64,000 nucleotides of DNA from NCBI GenBank assembly GCA_037969115.1, contig JBBKWQ010000396.1, forward strand, positions 5,422 to 69,421, written 5' to 3'. The translations under genes were made by a program, and so were the position numbers. The DNA comes from Ilumatobacteraceae bacterium (GTDB lineage: Bacteria; Actinomycetota; Acidimicrobiia; Acidimicrobiales; Ilumatobacteraceae). Shown piece after piece: positions 56,455-64,000 of this stretch. A model generated the notes under the pieces. That model saw only the letters and a program-made list of their open reading frames with translations. It did not search any database and had not been told where the DNA came from. How positions within the stretch are numbered: the stretch's first letter is position 1; every line of letters begins with the position of its first letter.

Positions 56455-57245
56455 CAGTGTTTGATCATCCCGCCGCTGACATTGATCGCCTGTCCGGTGA
56501 GGTAAGCGGCATCAGCCGAGATGAGAAATCGGACGACGCCGGCCACATCGGCCGGGTCGGCGAGCCGCCCGAGCGGCGACAACGACGACCAATCGGCAAT
56601 CATCGCATCGGTTCGGGTGGTCGCGCCCATCTCGGTGAGAACGTAGCCGGGACACACGGCATTCACTGTGATCTGGTGGGGCCCGAACTCGTCTGCCGCG
56701 ACCTGCGTCAGCGAGATCACAGCTGCCTTCGAGGCGGCGTAGTGCGCCTGCCCGGCTGCGCCGACCTTGCCGCCCATGCTCGCCATGTTCACGATTCGAC
56801 CGCCCGTGCCCTGCTGGATCATGGCGCGTGCAGCAGCTTGGATGGTGAGCAGCATCGAGCGAACGTTGATGTCGAACATGCGGTCCCACGACGCGACGTC
56901 GATGTCGAGCAACGGGCTGATCTCGAAGATGCCGGCATTGTTCACCAACGCGTCGATGCCACCGAGGAGACCGAGTGCCTCGGTCATCGCGCGTGCGACG
57001 TCGTTCGGGTCGGACAGGTCGCATGCAACGCTGCGAGCGCCGATTCTGGCCGCAAAGCCGGCGCACTGATCGGCGAGCCGGTCGACGAGCACGACGTCGG
57101 CGCCACTACGGACGAGCTCGCACGCGATTTCGGCGCCGATACCGCGTGCCGCTCCGGTCACGATCGCGCGGAGTCGCCCAACTTCACCGGAAGTCGCCGG
57201 AACGAGATCGTCGTGTGAGTCAGAGGCAACCATGACCGGCACCAC
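56454..57245 (-). CDS. SDR-family oxidoreductase
   Basis: VTGAARGIGAEIA, NNAG and YAASKAAV (YxxxK). The stop overlaps the ATPase ATG by 1 nt (TGATG). The start is GTG 57245 or ATG 57233. Confidence 0.85.
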   Translation of the reverse strand: MVPVMVASDSHDDLVPATSGEVGRLRAIVTGAARGIGAEIACELVRSGADVVLVDRLADQCAGFAARIGARSVACDLSDPNDVARAMTEALGLLGGIDALVNNAGIFEISPLLDIDVASWDRMFDINVRSMLLTIQAAARAMIQQGTGGRIVNMASMGGKVGAAGQAHYAASKAAVISLTQVAADEFGPHQITVNAVCPGYVLTEMGATTRTDAMIADWSSLSPLGRLADPADVAGVVRFLISADAAYLTGQAINVSGGMIKH

Positions 57246-57281
57246 ACTACGCGCCGTACTGCGCCGGCTGTGCTACTCGAT

Positions 57282-58502
57282 TCAGACCAAACCATGTGTC
57301 AGATGTCCGCGTCGCCACACCATGCGGTCGGGACTCGCAAAGGCGATCGCCTCGCGCAACGAAGTGGCCCGGATCGCGAGGAGATCCGCCTGCGATCCGG
57401 TGACCAGACCGACCGGAGCGATGCCGAGCGCTTTCCGCGCATCGTCAGAGACCGCACGCCACGCCGCACCGGGAAGATCATGGGCTGCCGTGATCATGAG
57501 TGCCGCCGTTTCGAATGGACATGCGCGGCCAACGGGGTTGAAGGGGTCTTGCAGGTTGTCCGCGCCGGCGGCGACGACCACGCCGGCGGTTCGGAGCGGC
57601 CCGATCGACGTGAGCGCGCGGGGCATCGGATTCAGACCGCGACCCTGGAGGAACAGGTTCGTCTGGGGTAGCACGATCACACTGATACCGGCGGTCGCGA
57701 CGAGTTCGGCAACGTCGCGTTGACGTGCGACCGACTGCTGACCGAGGCTGACACAGTGACTGGCCGTCACTCGATGGTCGAATCCCTCTGCGACGCGCCG
57801 TGCCAGGTGTTCGAGACCCAGCACATGTGGGTCCGTGGTCTCGTCGGTGTGCAGGTCGACGGGTTTGCCGTAGACAGTGGCGGTTTCGAGGAACCAGTCG
57901 GTCGCGGCATCGACCGTCCCCCGCTCGGGCCAGTGCTCGAGATGTGGACAGCCGCCCACCAGATCGGCACCGGCGTCGAGGGCGTCTCGGAGCAACGCCC
58001 GCTGGTTGGCGACATCCGGGCCGTCGATGATCGGCCAACCGCACAACGCGACGATCTCGACGTCGATCACGTCGGTGACACGACGTTTCACGTCGAGCAG
58101 CGCGAGCACGCTGTCGAGCCCGTTCTCGATCGTCGTGTCGGCGTGGGTTCGTATCGCCGAGTAGCCGTTGCGGGCCATCAATCGGGCTGCGCGTTCGGCG
58201 CGTTCGATCGTCTCAGCGATGCCGAGCAGATGACGATTCGATTCCATGGCCTTGATCGCACCCATCAGATCGCCGGTCGGGTTTTCGATCGTTTCAGCGA
58301 GGAACGCCTTGTCGAGATGGGCGTGCGGCTCGATGGCAGCAGGAAGCACGACGTAGCCGTTCTGGTCGATCACGTCGACGCCGGAACCATCGTGGCGCAC
58401 CGATTCGTGTGGTCGAACCGTCTGGATCTTCTCGCCTTCGATGGTCACGTCGACAGCGACGCCGTCGGCGTTGATCGCACCCATGAGCATGGCGGACGGC
58501 AT
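57282..58502 (-). CDS. Amidohydrolase-superfamily deaminase (cytosine deaminase-like)
   Basis: Metal ligands EPHAHLDK (HxH), HTDET and AAGADNLQDPFNP, arranged as in CodA-type deaminases. 406 aa. Confidence 0.8.
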   Translation of the reverse strand: MPSAMLMGAINADGVAVDVTIEGEKIQTVRPHESVRHDGSGVDVIDQNGYVVLPAAIEPHAHLDKAFLAETIENPTGDLMGAIKAMESNRHLLGIAETIERAERAARLMARNGYSAIRTHADTTIENGLDSVLALLDVKRRVTDVIDVEIVALCGWPIIDGPDVANQRALLRDALDAGADLVGGCPHLEHWPERGTVDAATDWFLETATVYGKPVDLHTDETTDPHVLGLEHLARRVAEGFDHRVTASHCVSLGQQSVARQRDVAELVATAGISVIVLPQTNLFLQGRGLNPMPRALTSIGPLRTAGVVVAAGADNLQDPFNPVGRACPFETAALMITAAHDLPGAAWRAVSDDARKALGIAPVGLVTGSQADLLAIRATSLREAIAFASPDRMVWRRGHLTHGLV

Positions 58503-58560
58503 GTGTGCGACGATAACGAACGGGTCGCCGAGACACGGCGCCGATGGAGGTTGGAGTCAC

Positions 58561-59721
58561 ATGAAAGTCGGGGCGTTCTTCTTCGGCGGGGTCGAGATGA
58601 GTGACGCCGGCGCCGGCGCACCGGCGCCGATGGATCGGCGCTACGGCACCGATGAGTGTTGGGCTGCGACGCTCGACTACGTGAACTCGGCGGTCGAGGC
58701 CGACCGACTCGGGTTCGATTCGTTCTGGACGACCGAGCACCACTTCCAGCACGAAGGCTACGAGGTCATCCCGAACGGGATCCAACTGTCGACCTGGATC
58801 GCCGCCCGAACCAATCGCGTCAGGTTGGGCACGATGTTCAACGTCGTCCCGCAGTGGAACCCGATGCGGCTCGCCGAGGACTTCGCCACACTGCACAACC
58901 TCTCGGGCGGCCGGGCGATTCTGGGTGTCGGCCGGGGCACCGTGCCACGCGAGGTGTTGCACCTGAACGACAAGGGAGTGTCGATCGGTTCACACGACAA
59001 CCCCGACCAACAGGCCGCCGATCTGTTCAACCGCGAGGTCTTCGAGGAATCGATGGAAATCGTGCGAACCGCGCTGGCCAACGAGACGTTCTCGTTCCAC
59101 GGCAAACACTTCCAGGTGCCGGTGCCCGGCATTCCCGACCGTGGCTCGACGGTGCAGGCGCTGACACTCATCCCGCGGCCGATCTACCCGTACGAGATCT
59201 GGCAGGCGGTGACGAGTCCACCGACGCTCGACTACGTCCCGGTGGTCGATCATGGTGCCGTGTTCTGGAATCAGCACTACAGCTTCATTCGCCGATTCTG
59301 GGACACCTACGCCGAGAACTACCATGCGGCGCACGGCATCCACCTCGAACCGCACGCCAAACGGATGCTGGTCGTGTCGATCCGCATCGAGGACACGTAC
59401 GAAAAGGCTCGCGCCTCAGCGTTGCCGGGTCACGACGAGTTCTGGAAGTTCCTGGCGCCGTACGGTTGGAGCCGTGGCTACATGGGCGAGAACGGCAAGC
59501 CCGCGGCGCCCGGACTCGTACCGACGCTCGACGACTCGATCGAGAACAAGACGATCCTGCTCGGCACACCGGAACAAGTCGCCGAGCAGGTGCAGTTCTA
59601 CAAGGACCTGCTCGGCCTCGAACACCTCACCATCTTCCCGCACCTGATCGGCGATCCCTACAAGAAGGCCGATGAACAGATGGCGCGGTTCATGACCGAA
59701 GTCATGCCGCTGGTGAGTTGA
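58561..59721 (+). CDS. LLM-class (luciferase-like) flavin-dependent oxidoreductase
   Basis: MKVGAFFFGG..., AEADRLGFDSFWTTEHHF and LSGGRAILGVGRG are the LLM pattern. ATG 58561 is preferred to the ORF-track start at 58441, which overlaps the divergent gene. Confidence 0.8.
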   Translation: MKVGAFFFGGVEMSDAGAGAPAPMDRRYGTDECWAATLDYVNSAVEADRLGFDSFWTTEHHFQHEGYEVIPNGIQLSTWIAARTNRVRLGTMFNVVPQWNPMRLAEDFATLHNLSGGRAILGVGRGTVPREVLHLNDKGVSIGSHDNPDQQAADLFNREVFEESMEIVRTALANETFSFHGKHFQVPVPGIPDRGSTVQALTLIPRPIYPYEIWQAVTSPPTLDYVPVVDHGAVFWNQHYSFIRRFWDTYAENYHAAHGIHLEPHAKRMLVVSIRIEDTYEKARASALPGHDEFWKFLAPYGWSRGYMGENGKPAAPGLVPTLDDSIENKTILLGTPEQVAEQVQFYKDLLGLEHLTIFPHLIGDPYKKADEQMARFMTEVMPLVS

Positions 59722-59754
59722 TCTTCGGGCTGACGAACTCAGCAGGCGGGCCGA

Positions 59755-61329
59755 TCAGAAGGCCGCACACGAACCGACGTGGGTTCGCGGATCGGCAGCT
59801 CCGGCCAGGACGCCGTTGGGCTCGACCACGATCGCGTGAGCGTGGCCGAAACCGCTGTCGTAGGCCTCGGCACGGCTGACCCGGTGCCCGCGGCCGGCCA
59901 GGTCGTCCCACGTTGCCGGAGCGTGCCCCTCGAGCACCACTGACGGCCCCTGCGGACTCGTCCACGTGTCGAAACCGGTCTCGGGACCCCGCAGCGCCCA
60001 CCGAGCGGCGTGGACGGCCTGGGCTGGGCTGTGCCCGTGCTGGAAGAGACGAGCGGCAATCTGCAACAGGATCTGTGGCTGGGCATCGCCGCCCATGGTG
60101 CCGAACACTGCAACGAGGTCCCCGTGTCGCGTGGCAAGCGCCGGAGACAGGGTGTGCGGCGGCCGTCGCCCGGGCCCGAACTCGGCGGGATGGCCCTTCG
60201 AGAGGTTGAACCCCAGCCCGCGATTGTGCAGGTTGATGTTGGTGTCGGGCTCGACCAGCAATGAGCCGAACCCGGATGCATTCGACTGGATCAGCGAGAC
60301 CGCCATGCCGCGATCGTCGGCCGTACACAGGTAGGTGGTGTCCCCGTCCATCGTGGGAACCGGCCGACGGCTCGCTCGGAGCGGATCTATCATCGGGCCG
60401 CGTTCGTCGATCGCCGCGAGCAGCGCAGCGCCGTCGGCGTGTTCGTGCAATTGAAGCGGGCGGTCGAAACCCGCAGCGGTCGCCGCCTCGATCAGCAGGT
60501 GTGGCCATCGGGAATCGTCGGGGTCGTGCGGTAGTTCGAGCTGGCTCGCCAGGCGTGCCGCGCCCAGCGTGAGGTAACCCTGCGTATTGGGCCCGATCGT
60601 GTGCAGATCGAGACCGAATGCGACCGCAGTCAGCGGGTCGACCCAGTCGGCATGGTTGCGGACGAGATCTTCGTGATCGAAGAAGCCATCACCCATCTGG
60701 AGCAGCCCGCGTCCGAACTCGCCGCCGTAGAACGACTCGCGACCGCCACTGACGATGCCGGCGAGGGCGCGCGCAACGCCGGTGCGACGAACTCGCGAAC
60801 CGGTGTGCGTTGCCTGATGGACGAGTTCGTGCAACTGGGCTCTGCCGGCATCGTCGGTGCGGGCGAGTGATCCGACGAGGAGGGGGCTCGCGGCGAAGCC
60901 CTCTTCGGCGAGGTGGATGGCGGGTGCCAACACGTCGGCGAGCGAAATCGAGCCGAATCGTTCGTGCAGGGTGGTCCATCCGTCGACACAACCGGGAACG
61001 GTGACGCTGCGGATGTCGTGGCGGAACGGCATGTCGGAGAAGCCCTCCGAGCGCAGATCGTCGCTGTTCGACCCGGAACCGGCGCGTCCGCTTGCATTGA
61101 GTCCGACGACCGAGCGTCCCGTGTGGACAAGGGCGAAGAGGTCGCCACCCATGCCGCACAGGTGCGGACCGACCACCGCCATCGCAGCGTTGGCGGCGAT
61201 GGCGGCATCGACTGCATTGCCGCCGAGGCGGAGCGCGACGATGCCTGCCTGGGTGGCTGCTTGGTCAGCAGTTGCGACGATGCCGTGGACGCCACGCACG
61301 CTCGAGACGGGGGGACGATCGCCTGACAT
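59755..61329 (-). CDS. ggt: Gamma-glutamyltransferase
   Basis: GGNAVDAAIAANAAMAVVGPHLCGMGGDLF, autoprocessing/nucleophile region GDTTYLC and GTMGGDAQPQ. Confidence 0.9.
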   Translation of the reverse strand: MSGDRPPVSSVRGVHGIVATADQAATQAGIVALRLGGNAVDAAIAANAAMAVVGPHLCGMGGDLFALVHTGRSVVGLNASGRAGSGSNSDDLRSEGFSDMPFRHDIRSVTVPGCVDGWTTLHERFGSISLADVLAPAIHLAEEGFAASPLLVGSLARTDDAGRAQLHELVHQATHTGSRVRRTGVARALAGIVSGGRESFYGGEFGRGLLQMGDGFFDHEDLVRNHADWVDPLTAVAFGLDLHTIGPNTQGYLTLGAARLASQLELPHDPDDSRWPHLLIEAATAAGFDRPLQLHEHADGAALLAAIDERGPMIDPLRASRRPVPTMDGDTTYLCTADDRGMAVSLIQSNASGFGSLLVEPDTNINLHNRGLGFNLSKGHPAEFGPGRRPPHTLSPALATRHGDLVAVFGTMGGDAQPQILLQIAARLFQHGHSPAQAVHAARWALRGPETGFDTWTSPQGPSVVLEGHAPATWDDLAGRGHRVSRAEAYDSGFGHAHAIVVEPNGVLAGAADPRTHVGSCAAF

Positions 61330-61370
61330 CCGGACAAGCTATGTGACGCGGGGCACTTCCGCCACAGAGA

Positions 61371-61898
61371 GTGGCAGCGATGGGTCGAATCCACGCCTAC
61401 GATCACCACGTGCACGCCCCGAACCGGCCATCGGCAGTGGTCATCACCGTTGGTGCTGCGCTTGCGATCATCGGTTCGTTTCTGCCTTGGATCGGTACGG
61501 GAGCGTCGGCGCGATCGAGCTACGACGTCGTCGATCTCGTCGAACGACTCGGGTTCACGCCGGGCGGTGCCATGAGTTGGGTACTTCGGGTGTGGCCGCT
61601 GGCACCGCTTCTGCTCGTGCTCGCGGCAGTCGCTCAGTGGGCCCCGGTCGGCCGGACGCGTCGTACGAAGCTGACGATCAGTAGCGTGCTCCCGCTCGTC
61701 GCGGCGGTCTACGTCGGCGGAGTAGCCACGGCTGTGCGTTTCGCTCCGGGTGCCGCCCTGCTGCGGGTCCGCGCCGGTCCGGCCGTCGCCGTCATCGGCA
61801 CGGCGATGATGGTCGCCGGTGTCGCGTGGGCAACCTGGGTCGCCAGGCGGCGTCGGTCATCGGCCGGGGAGTCGACCAGCGATGGACACGTGACATGA
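61371..61898 (+). CDS. Hypothetical membrane protein (about 4 TM)
   Basis: 175-aa ORF with hydrophobic segments (VVITVGAALAIIGSFLPWIG, WPLAPLLLVLAAVAQW, VLPLVAAVYVGGVA, VAVIGTAMMVAGVAWATW). No recognisable motif. The start is uncertain. Confidence 0.5.
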   Translation: MAAMGRIHAYDHHVHAPNRPSAVVITVGAALAIIGSFLPWIGTGASARSSYDVVDLVERLGFTPGGAMSWVLRVWPLAPLLLVLAAVAQWAPVGRTRRTKLTISSVLPLVAAVYVGGVATAVRFAPGAALLRVRAGPAVAVIGTAMMVAGVAWATWVARRRRSSAGESTSDGHVT

Positions 61899-61905
61899 TG
61901 GCCGG

Positions 61906-62700
61906 ATGGGGATCGCGCTCTACCCGGATGCCGTCGGCGTCGAGCTGATCCGCAAGTTCGCGTCCGGACTCGCCGATGTCGCCGGCGAGACGGCAGCGAG
62001 CACACCCGTGGCGACCTGCGGCGATTGGCTGCTCCACGATCTCGTCTGGCATCTGACCGAAGTCGAGGACTTCTGGCGATTCATCGTCGACCATCGACCC
62101 GACGGTCCGGATGACTACGTCGAGCCGGATCGGCCCGACGACGAGGCGCTGCCGGGTCGACTGCGGGCAGCGGCCGACTCCCTGGCCATGGTGCTGGCGG
62201 GTGGCGACCCGGAAGATGAAGCGTGGAGCTGGTCCGACGATCACACCCTCGGTTTCACGATCCGCCGACAGACGCACGAAGCGCTCATCCACTACGTCGA
62301 CGGCGTGCTGGCAGCCGGACGACCTCTCCCGACCGTCGATCCGTTGCTTGCGGCCGACGGTGTGGACGAACTCGTGAATGTCATGCTCTGCGGAGTGCCT
62401 GCGTGGGCCGAGTTCACGCGGACCAGCGGCGTCGTCCAGTTGCACGCCACCGACACCGACGACTCCTGGACCTTGGCGTTCGGACGCATGACCGGGACCT
62501 CTACACACACCGGCAAGACCTACGACCTCGACGCCATGGATGTCGTCGCCGGCGAGCACCCTGATGTCGTGATCGACGCAGCAGCACTCGAGCTGAACCT
62601 GTGGATGTGGGGCCGGCGAGACACGAGCGCGGTCAACGCCGCCGGTGACGGCGATCTGGCCACCAAGCTGCGTGGGGTTCTGAAGGAATCGACGGGCTGA
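61906..62700 (+). CDS. DinB/maleylpyruvate-isomerase N-terminal domain family (mycothiol-dependent enzyme-like)
   Basis: CGDWLLHDLVWHLTEV...RRQTHEALIHYVD is the metal-ligand His pattern of the DinB_2/TIGR03083-type fold. 264 aa. Confidence 0.7.
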   Translation: MGIALYPDAVGVELIRKFASGLADVAGETAASTPVATCGDWLLHDLVWHLTEVEDFWRFIVDHRPDGPDDYVEPDRPDDEALPGRLRAAADSLAMVLAGGDPEDEAWSWSDDHTLGFTIRRQTHEALIHYVDGVLAAGRPLPTVDPLLAADGVDELVNVMLCGVPAWAEFTRTSGVVQLHATDTDDSWTLAFGRMTGTSTHTGKTYDLDAMDVVAGEHPDVVIDAAALELNLWMWGRRDTSAVNAAGDGDLATKLRGVLKESTG

Positions 62701-62730
62701 TCCGAGTTCAGGCGGTGCTGTCGACCAGCG

Positions 62731-64000
62731 TCAGCCGGCGCCACTTCTGCTGCGTTGTTTCCGCACCCGCGATCTGACGGCGTCGATGTCGATGTAGCAA
62801 CCCTGGAGATGCCGCGGTTCCGTGATGGAGAAGCCCGTCCGGCCGTGCAGAACTCGACGGTTGTCGAACGCGATCAGGTCGCCCGGGCGCAGGGTGATCG
62901 CCACGACGGCGTCGGGGGCCGTCAGGTAGTCACGGAAGGTCTGATACGCCTCGTAGAACCGGTCGATTCCGGGTGATGGTGTCGGTGTCTGCATGCTGCG
63001 GTGGTTCACGCTGACCGCGATGACCCGCTGCTCGGTGTCGACCTCGATGAGCGGGCGCTCGGCTTGCAGGTCGACTGCTTCATCCTGGAACCGGAAGCGC
63101 ATGGTTGTTCGGCTGAGGAGGTCGAACGCGTCCGGGTGGTCGCGACGTAACCGCTCGGCGGCCGCGAACCCGTCGCTGAATTGTGATGCTCCTCCGTTGT
63201 GTGCCGACCGGAGACAGTGGAGGAGTTGAACGCTCGGGCAGGGCCTGCGATACGGATTGTCGGTGTGGAGCGGAAGTCCGAGAGATGTGTACGCGAGGTT
63301 GTTCGGGTCGGGCAGGGTGATCACGTCGAACAGTCGTCCGTAGTTCGTCTCGCGAACGAACCCGATCGATTCGGCAACCGCCAACACCGCGCCCGGCTCG
63401 CAGGGAACCCCCGAGGTCAGAGCAATTCCGAACCGGTCGAGGTCGTCCAAGAGCTGCACCAGTGCCGGCTCGTCGAGCCCCTCCGCCGACCGTTCCACGA
63501 GGTAGCCGAGATGTGCCGCATCCCAGGTTCTTGCCTGTCTGTGGGTTCCTTCGTCGGTTGACCGTGGGATTTCGCAGCGGTGGGTGCGACCGTCGGAGTG
63601 ACACACGGTGACGGTGCCAGGGCTCGAGTCGACGACGTGCCAGCCGGCGAGGTCGGCGACGTCGATGAGGTGCTGGTGGTTGTGTGGATCTCGACATTCG
63701 TCACACGTGCACGCGTCGCGACACCAGGATCCGCTCAGCGACGACGGTTCGAGCAGTGATGTCAGCAGTGGTTGGTAGTGGTCGAGAGGGTCGACCACCA
63801 ATCCGGCGACCTTGGCACTGTCGTCCCATCTCCTCAGTCGGATCGCGTCGTCGGCCTGGATCGCGGCAGCGAACCGCTCGGCCTCGTCCGCGTTGAACGG
63901 ACCACCTTGCTGTTCGAGCGTGATCGTCGACGCCTCGCTGAGCGTCGACGCGTAGTCGGAGTCGGTCGCCACGAGAAAGCGCTTTGCATCCACGTGCAGC
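62731..64000 (-). CDS. Fusion protein, 5' end outside the window: C-terminus of a PhnZ/TmpB-like HD-domain oxygenase + gamma-butyrobetaine-hydroxylase-like (TmpA-like) Fe(II)/2OG dioxygenase
   Basis: The ORF-track M at 63993 is an internal GTG. The frame stays open to position 64000 (...LHVDAKRFLVATDSDYASTLSEASTITLEQQGGPFNADEAERF...IRLRRWDDSAKV...PLDHY), which matches the PhnZ C-terminal pattern. Next come the Zn motif WCRDACTCDEC (63694-63723), the facial triad LPLHTDNPY...VQLLHC and VLHGRTGF. Confidence 0.8.
   Translation of the reverse strand, partial: LHVDAKRFLVATDSDYASTLSEASTITLEQQGGPFNADEAERFAAAIQADDAIRLRRWDDSAKVAGLVVDPLDHYQPLLTSLLEPSSLSGSWCRDACTCDECRDPHNHQHLIDVADLAGWHVVDSSPGTVTVCHSDGRTHRCEIPRSTDEGTHRQARTWDAAHLGYLVERSAEGLDEPALVQLLDDLDRFGIALTSGVPCEPGAVLAVAESIGFVRETNYGRLFDVITLPDPNNLAYTSLGLPLHTDNPYRRPCPSVQLLHCLRSAHNGGASQFSDGFAAAERLRRDHPDAFDLLSRTTMRFRFQDEAVDLQAERPLIEVDTEQRVIAVSVNHRSMQTPTPSPGIDRFYEAYQTFRDYLTAPDAVVAITLRPGDLIAFDNRRVLHGRTGFSITEPRHLQGCYIDIDAVRSRVRKQRSRSGAG

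Noticed and set aside
1-64000. Mobile elements, prophage, defence islands, tRNA/rRNA genes, riboswitches
   Set aside because: I scanned the intergenic regions (the longest are about 100-160 nt at 4012-4122, 9598-9754, 15432-15527, 40245-40402 and 46834-46934) and all ORF translations. I found no transposase, integrase or Cas signatures, no cloverleaf-like sequence and no conserved riboswitch core I could recognise. Absence is by eye only.

Overview
High-GC, actinobacterial-style chromosomal window (roughly two-thirds G+C by eye, not computed). It is densely coding, with about 55 protein genes, many joined by 1-13 nt start/stop overlaps. I recognised no rRNA, tRNA, CRISPR array, transposase, integrase or prophage genes. 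1-9.6 kb holds housekeeping genes: a ThDP enzyme, a MATE exporter, trpS, yaaA, scpA/scpB, rluB, tyrA, aroA and an SDR. 9.7-13.9 kb is a potABCD-type polyamine ABC operon whose ATPase carries an in-frame TAA. 13.9-38.4 kb is the stand-out region, a ~24 kb envelope-glycan locus. It has a complete decaprenyl-phospho-arabinose (DPA)-type donor pathway (UbiA-like, DprE1, DprE2), with a HAD phosphatase next to it and a SAM methyltransferase inside it. It also has an AftD-like 1414-aa arabinofuranosyltransferase, a 1310-aa tri-modular polytopic GT-C fusion, two more GT-C proteins, two Dpm1/Ppm1-type GT2s, a GT4 and two AT3-SGNH acyltransferases. No Emb/AftA-C or galactan genes are visible in the window. 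38.4-62.7 kb holds mixed metabolism: an orphan peptide-type SBP, PPK2, a three-subunit molybdo-hydroxylase plus a phosphoribosyltransferase, an M50 protease, creatininase/DMFase-like genes, a PAS-GGDEF-EAL protein, and a NitT/TauT-type ABC system with a cytosine-deaminase-like amidohydrolase, an LLM oxidoreductase and GGT. At the right edge an ORF open to the window boundary fuses the C-terminus of a PhnZ/TmpB-like HD-domain oxygenase to a gamma-butyrobetaine-hydroxylase-like Fe/2OG dioxygenase, a candidate single-polypeptide oxidative C-P lyase. All calls rest on reading the translations and on remembered family signatures; no database search was possible.
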